Source: Bacteroidales bacterium (GTDB lineage: Bacteria; Bacteroidota; Bacteroidia; Bacteroidales; JAAUTT01). Taken from it: a DNA stretch of 64,000 bases. The number at the start of each line of letters is the position of its first letter. Position 1 is the first letter of the stretch. Location: positions 13,180 to 77,179 of the forward strand of contig DATALJ010000252.1 in assembly GCA_036261135.1 (NCBI GenBank), given 5' to 3'. A program made the translations under genes and the position numbers. Under the pieces are notes generated by a model. The model searched no databases, was not told the DNA's origin, and saw only the letters and a program-made list of their open reading frames with translations. This document shows positions 1 through 9,278 of this stretch, piece after piece.

Positions 1-1646
1 GACTTGCCCAGAAGCTTTTCAACGACTTGTACCGCAACCAAACCGGTTCGTGGGCTGCCTTTATTCGTTTCTGGAAGTTCGATCTGCCCATGCTGGTTCA
101 CGATTGCCGCAAGGAGTTCAGGATTTCTTTTATTGTTTTTCTTTTGGCGTTCGGAATAGGTGTTCTGTCCAGTTATTACGACCTTAATTTTGCAAGGCTG
201 ATACTGGGCGAGCGATACGTGGAAATGACCATTCAAAACATAAAGAACAACGATCCCCTGGCGGTATACAAGGATGGCGATAAAACATTTATGTTTCTTT
301 ACATAACCTTCAACAATCTCCGTGTGGCACTCGAAACGTTTGTTTTAGGGTGCTTTTTTTCTATCGGTACGTTATTCCGGCTTATATATAATGGTATTAT
401 GCTGGGCACTTTCCAGTATTTCTTTATTGAACGCGGACTGTTTAAAGAATCTTTTTTAACCGTGTGGCAGCATGGAACACTCGAAATTTCCTGTATCATC
501 ATTGCGGGTGCTGCCGGTATAACGCTTGGGAAAGGATTGCTCTTCCCGGGCACTTATTCAAGGACACAATCGTTTAAGATTTCGGCCTTTCGCGGATTGA
601 AAATTTTCATTGGTATTGCGCCAATTATCGTACTTGCAGCTTTTATCGAAAGCTTTTTTACCCGGTTTACCGAACTGAACGACTATGTGCGTTTGATGGT
701 AATCCTGTTCTCGCTGGCGTTTGTACTTATCTACTTTGTATGGTACCCGTGGTTTCTGGCTAAACGCCACCCAATGCCTTTGCTTAAAACCGATAAAGTA
801 ACCTTTAAGCAGGAACCTGTATTTGATTTTTCGGGGATAATGACTGCCGATGAAATGATGGGCAGCGCATTCCGCTACATTATGCAGCATAAAGTCTGGA
901 TCATGCTGATGACAATGGGATTTGCCCTGGTTCATGCTTCGCTTGCCTTAGCAGATGATATCGTGAATGGATTCGGTGGTCAGGATAGTCTTGTTTATAA
1001 TATATTTCAAACCAACACGCTAAACCTGCATTTTTTCTGCGGTTTATTTACACTGAGCATTATGCAGTATTTGGTTGTATTAAGAATACATAAGTTATTG
1101 GGGCATCCATTTAATCAAGGGTTTAGCCACAGGTTTAAGCTGGTACTGTCTTCTGTTATCATCTCTTTCGTATTGCTTGGGATAAATTACCTGAACCCGT
1201 TTGTAACTGTGATCATAACTGTAGTTTTGCCATCGTTTGCATTTCTTTTGGTTTATCAGGGGTATGCCGAACAACGGTTTTTACCACTCGGTGGTACAAT
1301 TGCGCTCCTTTCCCGGTCGTGGGGAAAGCTGTTGTGGAATAGCGCTAAAATATTCATTTTTCTTGCCATATTTTTCATGTTACTGAATACACCATTGATT
1401 AATAGCTATCTTCAGAGTTTGTACATGGGCTTTGGCAAGGATACCATTGTTTCGCACCGGATTCACCTATTTATGGTTACGTTTACCAATATTGCGCTTT
1501 TTGCTTTGTTTTATGTGTTTCAAATTATTACCTCGGCAATCAGCTATTATGCTTTCCTGGAAACCGCTACAGCCAAAAGCCTTAAGCAGCGAATCGAAAA
1601 ACTGGGCAAACGAAATATAATATTTGGATTTGAAAAGGAAGGATAA
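1..1646 (+). CDS. SpoIIM-like (DUF95-type) polytopic membrane protein, 5' end outside the window
   Basis: The frame is open from nt 3 (LAQKLFND...), so the TTG at 27 is probably not the true start. Several hydrophobic helices are present (FIVFLLAFGIGVLSSYY, FVLGCFFSIGTLF, ISCIIIAGAAGITLG). The N-terminal half resembles the stage II sporulation protein M family, followed by about 280 aa of extra polytopic sequence. The stop at 1644-1646 abuts the ATG at 1647. Confidence 0.65.
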   Translation, partial: LAQKLFNDLYRNQTGSWAAFIRFWKFDLPMLVHDCRKEFRISFIVFLLAFGIGVLSSYYDLNFARLILGERYVEMTIQNIKNNDPLAVYKDGDKTFMFLYITFNNLRVALETFVLGCFFSIGTLFRLIYNGIMLGTFQYFFIERGLFKESFLTVWQHGTLEISCIIIAGAAGITLGKGLLFPGTYSRTQSFKISAFRGLKIFIGIAPIIVLAAFIESFFTRFTELNDYVRLMVILFSLAFVLIYFVWYPWFLAKRHPMPLLKTDKVTFKQEPVFDFSGIMTADEMMGSAFRYIMQHKVWIMLMTMGFALVHASLALADDIVNGFGGQDSLVYNIFQTNTLNLHFFCGLFTLSIMQYLVVLRIHKLLGHPFNQGFSHRFKLVLSSVIISFVLLGINYLNPFVTVIITVVLPSFAFLLVYQGYAEQRFLPLGGTIALLSRSWGKLLWNSAKIFIFLAIFFMLLNTPLINSYLQSLYMGFGKDTIVSHRIHLFMVTFTNIALFALFYVFQIITSAISYYAFLETATAKSLKQRIEKLGKRNIIFGFEKEG

Positions 1647-2333
1647 ATGAAAAGATTTCAAACCTTCATATTTCTGATTGTTATGCTGCTGTGTTGCAAT
1701 GCAAATGCCGGCAGTAAGCAACCCTTTATTGCGAAAGAACAGTGGAGCAAACAATCGGAGAAGTACGATTATTCGGAGAAATTTAAAGATTTGCAGTTTA
1801 AAACCAAGCCCAAGGCGAAATCCAATAATTTTTTCTCTGCAACCTGGGTGAAATATTTGCTGTGGACAATTATTATTGCAGCAATAGCTGTGGTGCTTAT
1901 TCTGCTCATCATCAACATCCATAAAAATGCAGGTAACAAAATTGTTAGGGCAAAGATCCGAACAGCAGAAGTGATCGAAGATATCGAGGAAGCCGATCTG
2001 GAATATTTTTTGGAGCAAGCGTTAGCCAATGGCATGTATAAGGAGGCTGTTCGTTTCCGTTACCTGATCCTTATTCGTACCATGAACCGCCAGAAACTGA
2101 TAGCCTGGAAGAAAGATAAAACCAATGGTGCTTATATAAAGGAGATGTTTAATAAGCCGGGATTTGGGATTTTCAGGCAGATAACCATCCATTTCGAACG
2201 TATTTGGTACGGAGAGCTTCATATTGACGCAAACCAATACGAAGCCTTAATTCCAGTGTATGATCAAATGAATAATGAGATAGGCAGTCCAATACAGATG
2301 GAAGATACAGCTCAAAAAACGGGTAACCAATGA
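1647..2333 (+). CDS. DUF4129-like membrane-anchored protein
   Basis: Signal-like N-terminus (FIFLIVMLLCCNANAG) and one TM (YLLWTIIIAAIAVVLILLIINI). The C-terminal part (EQALANGMYKEAVRFRYLILIRTMNRQKLIAWKKDKTNGAYIKE...ERIWYG) resembles the DUF4129 pattern. Its stop overlaps the next start (ATGA at 2330-2333). Confidence 0.6.
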   Translation: MKRFQTFIFLIVMLLCCNANAGSKQPFIAKEQWSKQSEKYDYSEKFKDLQFKTKPKAKSNNFFSATWVKYLLWTIIIAAIAVVLILLIINIHKNAGNKIVRAKIRTAEVIEDIEEADLEYFLEQALANGMYKEAVRFRYLILIRTMNRQKLIAWKKDKTNGAYIKEMFNKPGFGIFRQITIHFERIWYGELHIDANQYEALIPVYDQMNNEIGSPIQMEDTAQKTGNQ

Positions 2334-3574
2334 ACAAAAGGACACAGCTGATATTGATTGTTGCGATTCCCGTGCTTTTGCTTGTTTTTGGAATATATTA
2401 CTTCAGAACGGTATATATTCCTAAGTTCCGGTGGGACGAGAATTACGACTACAAGAACGATCAGCCCTATGGACTGAAGCTGTTGTACGATATCCTGTCA
2501 GATTCCAGAACAGACGAACAGTTCGTTCGCATTACCAAGGATCCAGGCGCAATCCTGGCGGGGAAGGATACGGCTTCGCTGTATTTCTTCGCCGGTTTTC
2601 AATACCTGATTAACGATGAGAATGCCAATAAGCTTGCTAATTTTGTAGCCCGCGGAAATACTGCTTTTATTTCGAATGTGCAGGCGGAGCATATGCTCTT
2701 CGACAAGCTTACCAATTCGGAACATCCCATGCTATTCCTTACCTATTTCAAGGATTCCATGGTTAACGTGACATTTAATCCTCAATATAGCGATTCCGTT
2801 TTTCGGTTTCACTACCAGGTGGAGAAGTCCAAAAGGGTCTATGACTGGATGGGCATTATTCGGCAGACATTCGATGATTCGTTATCGTTGTACAACTTTC
2901 AGCGTGTTACGGCTATTGATAGTGGGTTGGTGGATTGTTTTCGCGTTAAGTATGGCAAAGGAACGTTCATTTTTCACTTTAACCCGATACTGCTCACCAA
3001 TTACAACCTGTCCAAAGAAAACGGGTTACAGTATGTGAATGCCCTACTATCGGGTTATATCGTCAATAAGATATATTGGGATGAGTACAGCAAGGTTTAT
3101 AGGCCATCCATGTCGGGGCAAACCAGCACGGATACACCATTCCGGTTTATCCTTTCGGAGCGGAGTTTGCGCTGGGCATGGCTTTTACTCTGTTTCCTTG
3201 TGTTGCTATACCTAATAGTGAATGCAAAACGCCGCCAGGCACGCATTCCTCTTATTCCAGAAAATAAGAACACGACCATTGAATACCTGAAATCGCTTGC
3301 CACGTTGCATTACGAAGCCCGGTCGATGGCTTTTATTGCCGACGAAATCATGCGCCAGTTCTATACTTTTGTAAAACACAAATATGGAATAGCGCCCAAA
3401 ACAGATAAGGACGAGTTCGCTGCGCTGTTGGCAGTACAATCGGGCTTTACAAGAAATGATATCGGTGATATTTTTAAATATCATCGCGAAATAAAGTATA
3501 ATCCCGAGCCTGAAAAGCAAATATTAATCGAATTATATAACGCAACCGAATATTTCTACAAAAACAGCAAATAA
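2330..3574 (+). CDS. DUF4350-like membrane protein
   Basis: N-terminal TM (LILIVAIPVLLLVFGIYYF), then WDENYDYKNDQPYGLKLLYDILS, a second TM (WAWLLLCFLVLLYLIV) and a cytoplasmic tail. It occupies the usual position between the DUF4129 and MoxR genes. Confidence 0.55.
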   Translation: MNKRTQLILIVAIPVLLLVFGIYYFRTVYIPKFRWDENYDYKNDQPYGLKLLYDILSDSRTDEQFVRITKDPGAILAGKDTASLYFFAGFQYLINDENANKLANFVARGNTAFISNVQAEHMLFDKLTNSEHPMLFLTYFKDSMVNVTFNPQYSDSVFRFHYQVEKSKRVYDWMGIIRQTFDDSLSLYNFQRVTAIDSGLVDCFRVKYGKGTFIFHFNPILLTNYNLSKENGLQYVNALLSGYIVNKIYWDEYSKVYRPSMSGQTSTDTPFRFILSERSLRWAWLLLCFLVLLYLIVNAKRRQARIPLIPENKNTTIEYLKSLATLHYEARSMAFIADEIMRQFYTFVKHKYGIAPKTDKDEFAALLAVQSGFTRNDIGDIFKYHREIKYNPEPEKQILIELYNATEYFYKNSK

Positions 3575-3577
3575 ACT

Positions 3578-4600
3578 ATGGAAGAAGACGTGTTGAACAT
3601 ACAGGAGGAAGATCAAACCGCTCCTTTGGCCGAAAACCCGACCCAATACACCGATGTTACCGAAATAATGGATTTTGCCTTGAAAATGAAGGCCGAACTC
3701 CAAAAAGTAATCATTGGGATGGACGATACCATTGATATGCTCACCGTTGGCCTGTTAACCAACGGACACATTCTGCTGGAAGGCGTGCCCGGCGTTGCAA
3801 AAACTTTACTGGTGAAACTGATTGCCAAAACTCTTGATGTGGACTTTAAGCGTATCCAGTTTACGCCCGACCTGATGCCTTCGGATGTTATAGGTACCAC
3901 GGTTTACAACATGCAGTCGTCGAGCTTTTATTTCCGCAAAGGGCCTGTATTCAGCAATATCATCCTGGCCGACGAAATTAACCGTTCGCCGGCAAAAACA
4001 CAGGCTGCGTTATTCGAGGTTATGGAAGAACGCCAGGTAACGGTAGATGGCGAAACCTATGTAATGGGTTATCCGCTGTACGTAATAGCTACCCAGAACC
4101 CCATAGAGCAGGAAGGCACCTACCGCTTGCCCGAAGCGCAGCTCGACAGGTTTTTATTTCGCCTGAAAATCGGCTATCCATCGGTAGAAGAGGAGAACAT
4201 GATCCTTACCCGCTTCCGTTCCGACTTTTTTAACCAGGTAGAAACTACGGTTCAAAAGACTTATAAAGGGGCCGATTTGCTGAAGCTTTGCACGGTTATC
4301 GAAAAGGTGTTTATTAAGGATGAACTGATCAATTACATCGCTCAGATCGTTCATAGTACCCGAAATAATTCGAACCTGTTCCTAGGAGCCTCACCCAGGG
4401 CGTCGCTGGCTATTATGCGCACATCCAAAGCCTTGGCAGCAACGAATGGCCGCGATTTCGTTACGCCCGATGATATTCAGCGCGTAGCCATTCATGTGCT
4501 GAATCATCGTATCATTCTCGTTCCCGAAAGGGAAATTGAAGGTATTGAGCCGGAAGACGTGATTAAGGATATTATCCAGAAAATAGAAGTGCCTAGATGA
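3578..4600 (+). CDS. MoxR-family AAA+ ATPase
   Basis: Walker A GVPGVAKT, Walker B IILADEINR, PDLMPSDVIGT, ATQNPIEQEGTYRLPEAQLDRF and GASPRASLA are typical of the MoxR (AAA_3) subfamily. Confidence 0.92.
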   Translation: MEEDVLNIQEEDQTAPLAENPTQYTDVTEIMDFALKMKAELQKVIIGMDDTIDMLTVGLLTNGHILLEGVPGVAKTLLVKLIAKTLDVDFKRIQFTPDLMPSDVIGTTVYNMQSSSFYFRKGPVFSNIILADEINRSPAKTQAALFEVMEERQVTVDGETYVMGYPLYVIATQNPIEQEGTYRLPEAQLDRFLFRLKIGYPSVEEENMILTRFRSDFFNQVETTVQKTYKGADLLKLCTVIEKVFIKDELINYIAQIVHSTRNNSNLFLGASPRASLAIMRTSKALAATNGRDFVTPDDIQRVAIHVLNHRIILVPEREIEGIEPEDVIKDIIQKIEVPR

Positions 4601-5931
4601 TCCGTTTTTACAAGCAACTGTTTATCAACCCGCGTTTCTTTATTAGCGGAGGTGCAATAGTCGTTGTTTTTGCACTCAGCTTTGTTTTGCATTGGCTTTT
4701 CCCGGCAGGAGTTGTAATGTTGTTACTGCTTTGTGTTGTTGCAATTGCCGACAGTTTGCTCGTGTTTAGCCGAAAAAACGGTGTATTGGTAAGCAGAACG
4801 CTACCTTCACTTTTATCGCTGAGCGATGAAAACAAGGTTGTGTTGAATGTTAAGAACCAAACCGGAATAAAAATAAGGGTCCTGATATATGATGAGCTGC
4901 CTTTTCAATTGCAGGTACGCGATTTTGAAATTCGCGATGCACTGAATGAGGGAGAGGAAAGAACGTTTGAATATAATGTGCGGCCTGTAACGCGCGGCCG
5001 TTACATGTTCGGCAATGTGAATGCATTCATATCCTCAGGACTTGGATTTGTAAGCAAAAAGCAGGTGGTGGAATTATCAACTCCAATATCCGTCTATCCT
5101 TCCATTATACAGATGAAAAAGTACGAGCTGATGGCACATCCCGCCTTTACCCGTTCCGAAGGAATAAAGCGGCATAGAAGGATTGGTCACAGCTACGAAT
5201 TTGATCAGATTAAGGAATACGTGGTAGGTGACGATAACCGGAGCGTGAACTGGAAAGCCAGCAGCCGTAAAGGTGCGCTCATGGTTAACCAATATGAGGA
5301 TGAGCGGGCGCAGCAAATTTATAATATCATCGATAAAAGCCGTTCCATGCGGATGCCTTTTAATAACCTTACGTTGCTCGATCATGCCATTAACACGTCG
5401 TTGGTTATTTCGAATATTATACTTCAGAAGCACGATAAGGCAGGGCTTATTACGTTTTCGGATAAGATAGGAACCATTCTGCCAGCCGATAAAAGCAGCC
5501 AGCAGTTGCGCCTGATTCTTGAGGCTCTGTATAATGAACAGGAGCACAACCTCGAAGCCAATTACGAATTGCTATTCCACCTTGTGCGGAATGTTTTGAA
5601 ACAGCGGAGTTTAATCTTCCTGTATACTAATTTCGAGAGTTATCATGCATTTGAGCGAATGTTGCCTATTTTGAGACAGGTTAGCAGACTTCACCTCCTC
5701 GTGGTTGTATTCTTCGAAAATGAAGATGTTATTAAAATGAGCACCGGCGAAACTGCTGATTTAAGAGATATTTATCTACAGATTATAGCCCGAAAATACA
5801 GGGAGGAGAAACGGCAAATTGTTACCAAACTGAATAATTACGGTATACATGCTATAAAGACCCTTCCGCAGGACCTTTCCATAAACACCATTAACAAATA
5901 TCTGGAGCTGAAATCGAGGGGAATGATTTAG
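4597..5931 (+). CDS. DUF58 (vWA-like) protein, MoxR partner
   Basis: ATGA start/stop overlap with moxR. Two N-terminal TMs. DUF58 core YEFDQIKEYVVGDDNRSVNWKASSRKGALMVNQYEDERAQQIYNIIDKSRSM. Confidence 0.85.
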   Translation: MIRFYKQLFINPRFFISGGAIVVVFALSFVLHWLFPAGVVMLLLLCVVAIADSLLVFSRKNGVLVSRTLPSLLSLSDENKVVLNVKNQTGIKIRVLIYDELPFQLQVRDFEIRDALNEGEERTFEYNVRPVTRGRYMFGNVNAFISSGLGFVSKKQVVELSTPISVYPSIIQMKKYELMAHPAFTRSEGIKRHRRIGHSYEFDQIKEYVVGDDNRSVNWKASSRKGALMVNQYEDERAQQIYNIIDKSRSMRMPFNNLTLLDHAINTSLVISNIILQKHDKAGLITFSDKIGTILPADKSSQQLRLILEALYNEQEHNLEANYELLFHLVRNVLKQRSLIFLYTNFESYHAFERMLPILRQVSRLHLLVVVFFENEDVIKMSTGETADLRDIYLQIIARKYREEKRQIVTKLNNYGIHAIKTLPQDLSINTINKYLELKSRGMI

Positions 5932-7745
5932 CCTACCTTCGGAATTTTGAGATATTCACTTACCAGGTTATAAATTTGTTCGGGATGAATGGGTTTCGGG
6001 ATGAAATCGCTGCACCCGGCATCTATGCAATCTTTTAAATCGATCGAGCCGGCGTAAGCTGTCTGGGCAATAACAATCATTCCGGGGTAGTCCTCTTTGA
6101 TAAACCGCGTAAGTTCGAGCCCGTTGGTATCGGGCAACCGCAAATCCATCAGAATAATGTCTATCAGCGGGTTATTTTTAACTAATTCAAGTGTTTCTGC
6201 ACCGTTGCTGGCATGTAATATTTTTATTCCGGTTTCTTCAAAGATTTCCTTAATAAAGGTCGCACTGGCCTGGTCGTCTTCAACCAACAGCAAACATTTT
6301 CCTGCCCATGATACAGATTCTGAATTTCCGGCATTATCGTCAGTTTCTATTTCTATTTCTTGTTCCTCGTATGGAAGGGTGAAATAGAAGGTTGTTCCTT
6401 TGTCTATTTCCGATTCGAGCCATATTTTACCATGCATGAGGTTAATTAACCCCTGAACGATGGATAAACCCAGCCCTGTTCCTCCGTAACGTCTTGCTAC
6501 AATTGAATCCTCAGCCTGGCGAAACCGGTCGAATATAATCGATTGTTTTTCTTTACGTATTCCAATGCCTGTATCCTTAACAAAGAAGAGCAGTTGGTTA
6601 TTGTTCTCCAGCTTATAACCAAATTCAATTTTTCCGCTTTCGGTAAATTTAAAAGCATTATCCAAAAGGTTAGTAAGTATTTGCTTTAACCGTTGTTTAT
6701 CCAGCCGAACCTTGATTTTTTTTAGTTCTTCGGGTATATTGTATTTGAATTTGATGTTACTGCCATTTTCTGCTTTTATCTCCTTAATCAAGTAGTAATC
6801 ATAAATTTCGTGTATTAATGGAAATAACTTGAATTCCGAAACAATCAGCCGCATCTGTCCTACTTCAAGCTTGGATGTGTCGAGAATATCCTCTATAATG
6901 CGCATCAGGTCGTAGGAACGTTCTTTAATAAGCGATGTGTAGTGATTCCGTTTGGCATCGGTAATAGGTCGCGAAAGTAAACTGGAAAAGCCAATGATCG
7001 CATTCATGGGCGTGCGTATTTCATGGCTCATGTTGGCTAAAAATACCGATTTAAGCCGGTCGTTCTCTTCGGCTTGCTGTTTTGCTTTCAGCAATTTTTC
7101 GTTGATTATGGTTAATTCGGAAGTCTTCTCCGACGATGATTTCAACGAAATTAAGAGCCACCGGTAAAAGTGATTAATGGTAAAAATGATTATCGATGTT
7201 GTTATCAAACCCGTAACTATCGAAGTAATGATGCCTGCATCAGAAATGGCGTATTTATTTAAATCATAATCAAAGGATAATAAGCCTGCATGATATAGGA
7301 AACCGATAACTGACCGGACTATAAAAGTGAGGACCATGGTTAAAATGCCCCATTTCAAACCATACAATAGCGTAACAAGTGTAGCAACAAAAATAAAGTT
7401 GAGCGATCCGCTAACTATGCCGTTTGTGTAATTAATAGTAATTGCCAGAAGAAAAAAAGCAGAAAAGAAGATTACTGCTTTGATATTTGCAGATAATTTT
7501 TTGCGAAATATGATAATAAGCCAAACGGAAATATATAAAAGGAAATGTAAAAGATAGAAATTTTTCCACCCCAGATGAATCGATTGCATGATAGAGCTGA
7601 ATAGGACTAAAGTTCCAATGACTCCTGTAATAACATAAATGGTATCGATAATATGACCCCGGATGGAATTTAATTGAGAGGAGTCGGGTAATAAATTTTG
7701 CCCGCCTCCATTATGTTCAAATAAAAAAGCCCATAGTTTAAACAT
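5928..7745 (-). CDS. Hybrid sensor histidine kinase/response regulator with polytopic N-terminus
   Basis: About 190 aa of TM helices. H-box FLANMSHEIRTPMNAIIGF, N-box LLDNAFKFT, G-boxes DTGIGI and GGTGLGLSI. C-terminal receiver domain (LLLVEDD...IILMDLRLPDTNG...KP). Confidence 0.9.
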   Translation of the reverse strand: MFKLWAFLFEHNGGGQNLLPDSSQLNSIRGHIIDTIYVITGVIGTLVLFSSIMQSIHLGWKNFYLLHFLLYISVWLIIIFRKKLSANIKAVIFFSAFFLLAITINYTNGIVSGSLNFIFVATLVTLLYGLKWGILTMVLTFIVRSVIGFLYHAGLLSFDYDLNKYAISDAGIITSIVTGLITTSIIIFTINHFYRWLLISLKSSSEKTSELTIINEKLLKAKQQAEENDRLKSVFLANMSHEIRTPMNAIIGFSSLLSRPITDAKRNHYTSLIKERSYDLMRIIEDILDTSKLEVGQMRLIVSEFKLFPLIHEIYDYYLIKEIKAENGSNIKFKYNIPEELKKIKVRLDKQRLKQILTNLLDNAFKFTESGKIEFGYKLENNNQLLFFVKDTGIGIRKEKQSIIFDRFRQAEDSIVARRYGGTGLGLSIVQGLINLMHGKIWLESEIDKGTTFYFTLPYEEQEIEIETDDNAGNSESVSWAGKCLLLVEDDQASATFIKEIFEETGIKILHASNGAETLELVKNNPLIDIILMDLRLPDTNGLELTRFIKEDYPGMIVIAQTAYAGSIDLKDCIDAGCSDFIPKPIHPEQIYNLVSEYLKIPKVG

Positions 7746-7889
7746 AATAAGCGAAAAATCGGTTCCAAATTTCAGTTAGTCTGTATAAATTTAAGATATA
7801 TTCTGTAAAAACGACTTGAAATTCTCTATTATTTTTCAGCACATTGTAAAATGCTTTCTTATTTTTTCTTTTTTAATTTGAATGATACA

Positions 7890-8267
7890 TTAGATCAGGG
7901 CTGGAACAAATTTAGCCAGAAGATATAAGCCTGAATCGCCGGCAACTACTTTATGCATTGCATTTTCGGGTATTATGGCCAGGTCGCCGGGAGCATATGC
8001 ATACGCTTTGTTCTCTAAGGTAAGCATTCCCGAACCCTTAACCACTTCGTGCATCTCCGTTTTACCTTCATGAATATGGTTGTCGAGAATACAGCCTGGT
8101 TCTACCTTTACCAGGTGGGCACTGAACTTTCCGTTGGTTTGGGCGCTCGTAACCAGGTGTTTTAAATAAACTCCTTTAAATGTTTGATGCGGGTTCCAGG
8201 GTATATTGCTGTTTTCAGTTATGGCATCGTTCAAGTACAGCCTGCCGTTTTGCATTTGTTCTATCAT
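7890..8267 (-). CDS. Cupin domain protein
   Basis: GCILDNHIHEGKTEMHEVVKGSGML...GDLAIIPENAMHKV matches the two-motif cupin pattern. The start is taken at the ATG at 8267 (MIEQMQNG), because the longer ORF overlaps the araC-like gene. Confidence 0.7.
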   Translation of the reverse strand: MIEQMQNGRLYLNDAITENSNIPWNPHQTFKGVYLKHLVTSAQTNGKFSAHLVKVEPGCILDNHIHEGKTEMHEVVKGSGMLTLENKAYAYAPGDLAIIPENAMHKVVAGDSGLYLLAKFVPALI

Positions 8268-8337
8268 TGCATGTGTGTTTAAATTTAAGACAAAACTATA
8301 GCACATCACGATTATGTAATTGTACGTTTTTGCTCTT

Positions 8338-9120
8338 TTACAAATGAACGGTTTGGCTTCTTTTCTGAAATTCGAGCGGAGAAATGCCATAAAATGTTTG
8401 AAAATGTCTTACAAAATGGCTTGAGTCGTAAAAGCCGGAAAGAATAGCTACATCGCCAACTGGTATATTATTTTCGAGCAGTTTCCGGGCATGGCGAATC
8501 CTGTTGTCGAGCAAATAGCGGTGAGGAGCCAGGCCTGTGTATCTTTTAAACAGTCTCGAAAAATGAAACATGCTCATGAAGGCTTTTTCAGCGAGTTCAT
8601 CAAGGGAAATGCCCGTTTCGGGAAACTTATCAAGCAAATACTTTACGCGCTGAATTCGATCATCTTCAGGATCATAATTTTGGGAGTATTTAAAACCTGC
8701 CAGTTCTTTAATGATTTGTGCCAACAGCAATTGCAAATTTTCAGGAGCTGTATTGCCGATAAGTAAGGAAAAAAGATGGGTAAGTTCTTCTCTGATTAAT
8801 TGGCTGTCTATTATGGCTGGGAACCGAAATCCTGATGCGTAGTCTTTTATGTATGACTGGCTGAAGGAAACTACAATGTAATCGTGCTCTTGTTGTGTTG
8901 CTGCGCCTATACTGTGAGGTTCTTCTGCATTAATAATAAAAATATCCCCTTTTCCCAGCATGTACTTGTTATTGCGAATGGTAAGTATTCTCTGTCCTTC
9001 CAAAATCATACCTACAGAAAGGGAAACATGTCGGTGCAACGGAACGCGTCTGGAAATACCTCTTCCACATACAATGCATATATTCCGGTCGCTGGTTTTA
9101 TAATAAGTGTGAAGTGCCAT
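8338..9120 (-). CDS. AraC-family transcriptional regulator (cupin N-domain plus HTH)
   Basis: C-terminal AraC HTH (FHFSRLFKRYTGLAPHRYLLDNRIRHARKLLENN...SGFYDSSHFVRHFQ). N-terminal cupin-like sensor domain. The start at the ATG at 9120 (MALHTYYK) is assumed. Confidence 0.85.
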   Translation of the reverse strand: MALHTYYKTSDRNICIVCGRGISRRVPLHRHVSLSVGMILEGQRILTIRNNKYMLGKGDIFIINAEEPHSIGAATQQEHDYIVVSFSQSYIKDYASGFRFPAIIDSQLIREELTHLFSLLIGNTAPENLQLLLAQIIKELAGFKYSQNYDPEDDRIQRVKYLLDKFPETGISLDELAEKAFMSMFHFSRLFKRYTGLAPHRYLLDNRIRHARKLLENNIPVGDVAILSGFYDSSHFVRHFQTFYGISPLEFQKRSQTVHL

Positions 9121-9278
9121 GATGCAACAAATCTTACGTGTAAAAATAACCATTATCGGTTATGACATAGTCGTTAAATCAACTTTCCGATAAATAAAAA
9201 AAGTATAACATTTTTTTTAAAACTTCGTTAAAAGTACTGGTATTTAATCCTATTTATTCTATCCTCATTGGCCTATTT

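Noticed and set aside
1467-2018. 183-aa minus-strand ORF spanning the SpoIIM-like/DUF4129 junction
   Set aside because: It overlaps two well-supported, translationally coupled + strand genes. It is a shadow ORF.
5077-5547. 156-aa minus-strand ORF within the DUF58 gene
   Set aside because: It is antisense to a CDS with the DUF58 core motif and has no features of its own.
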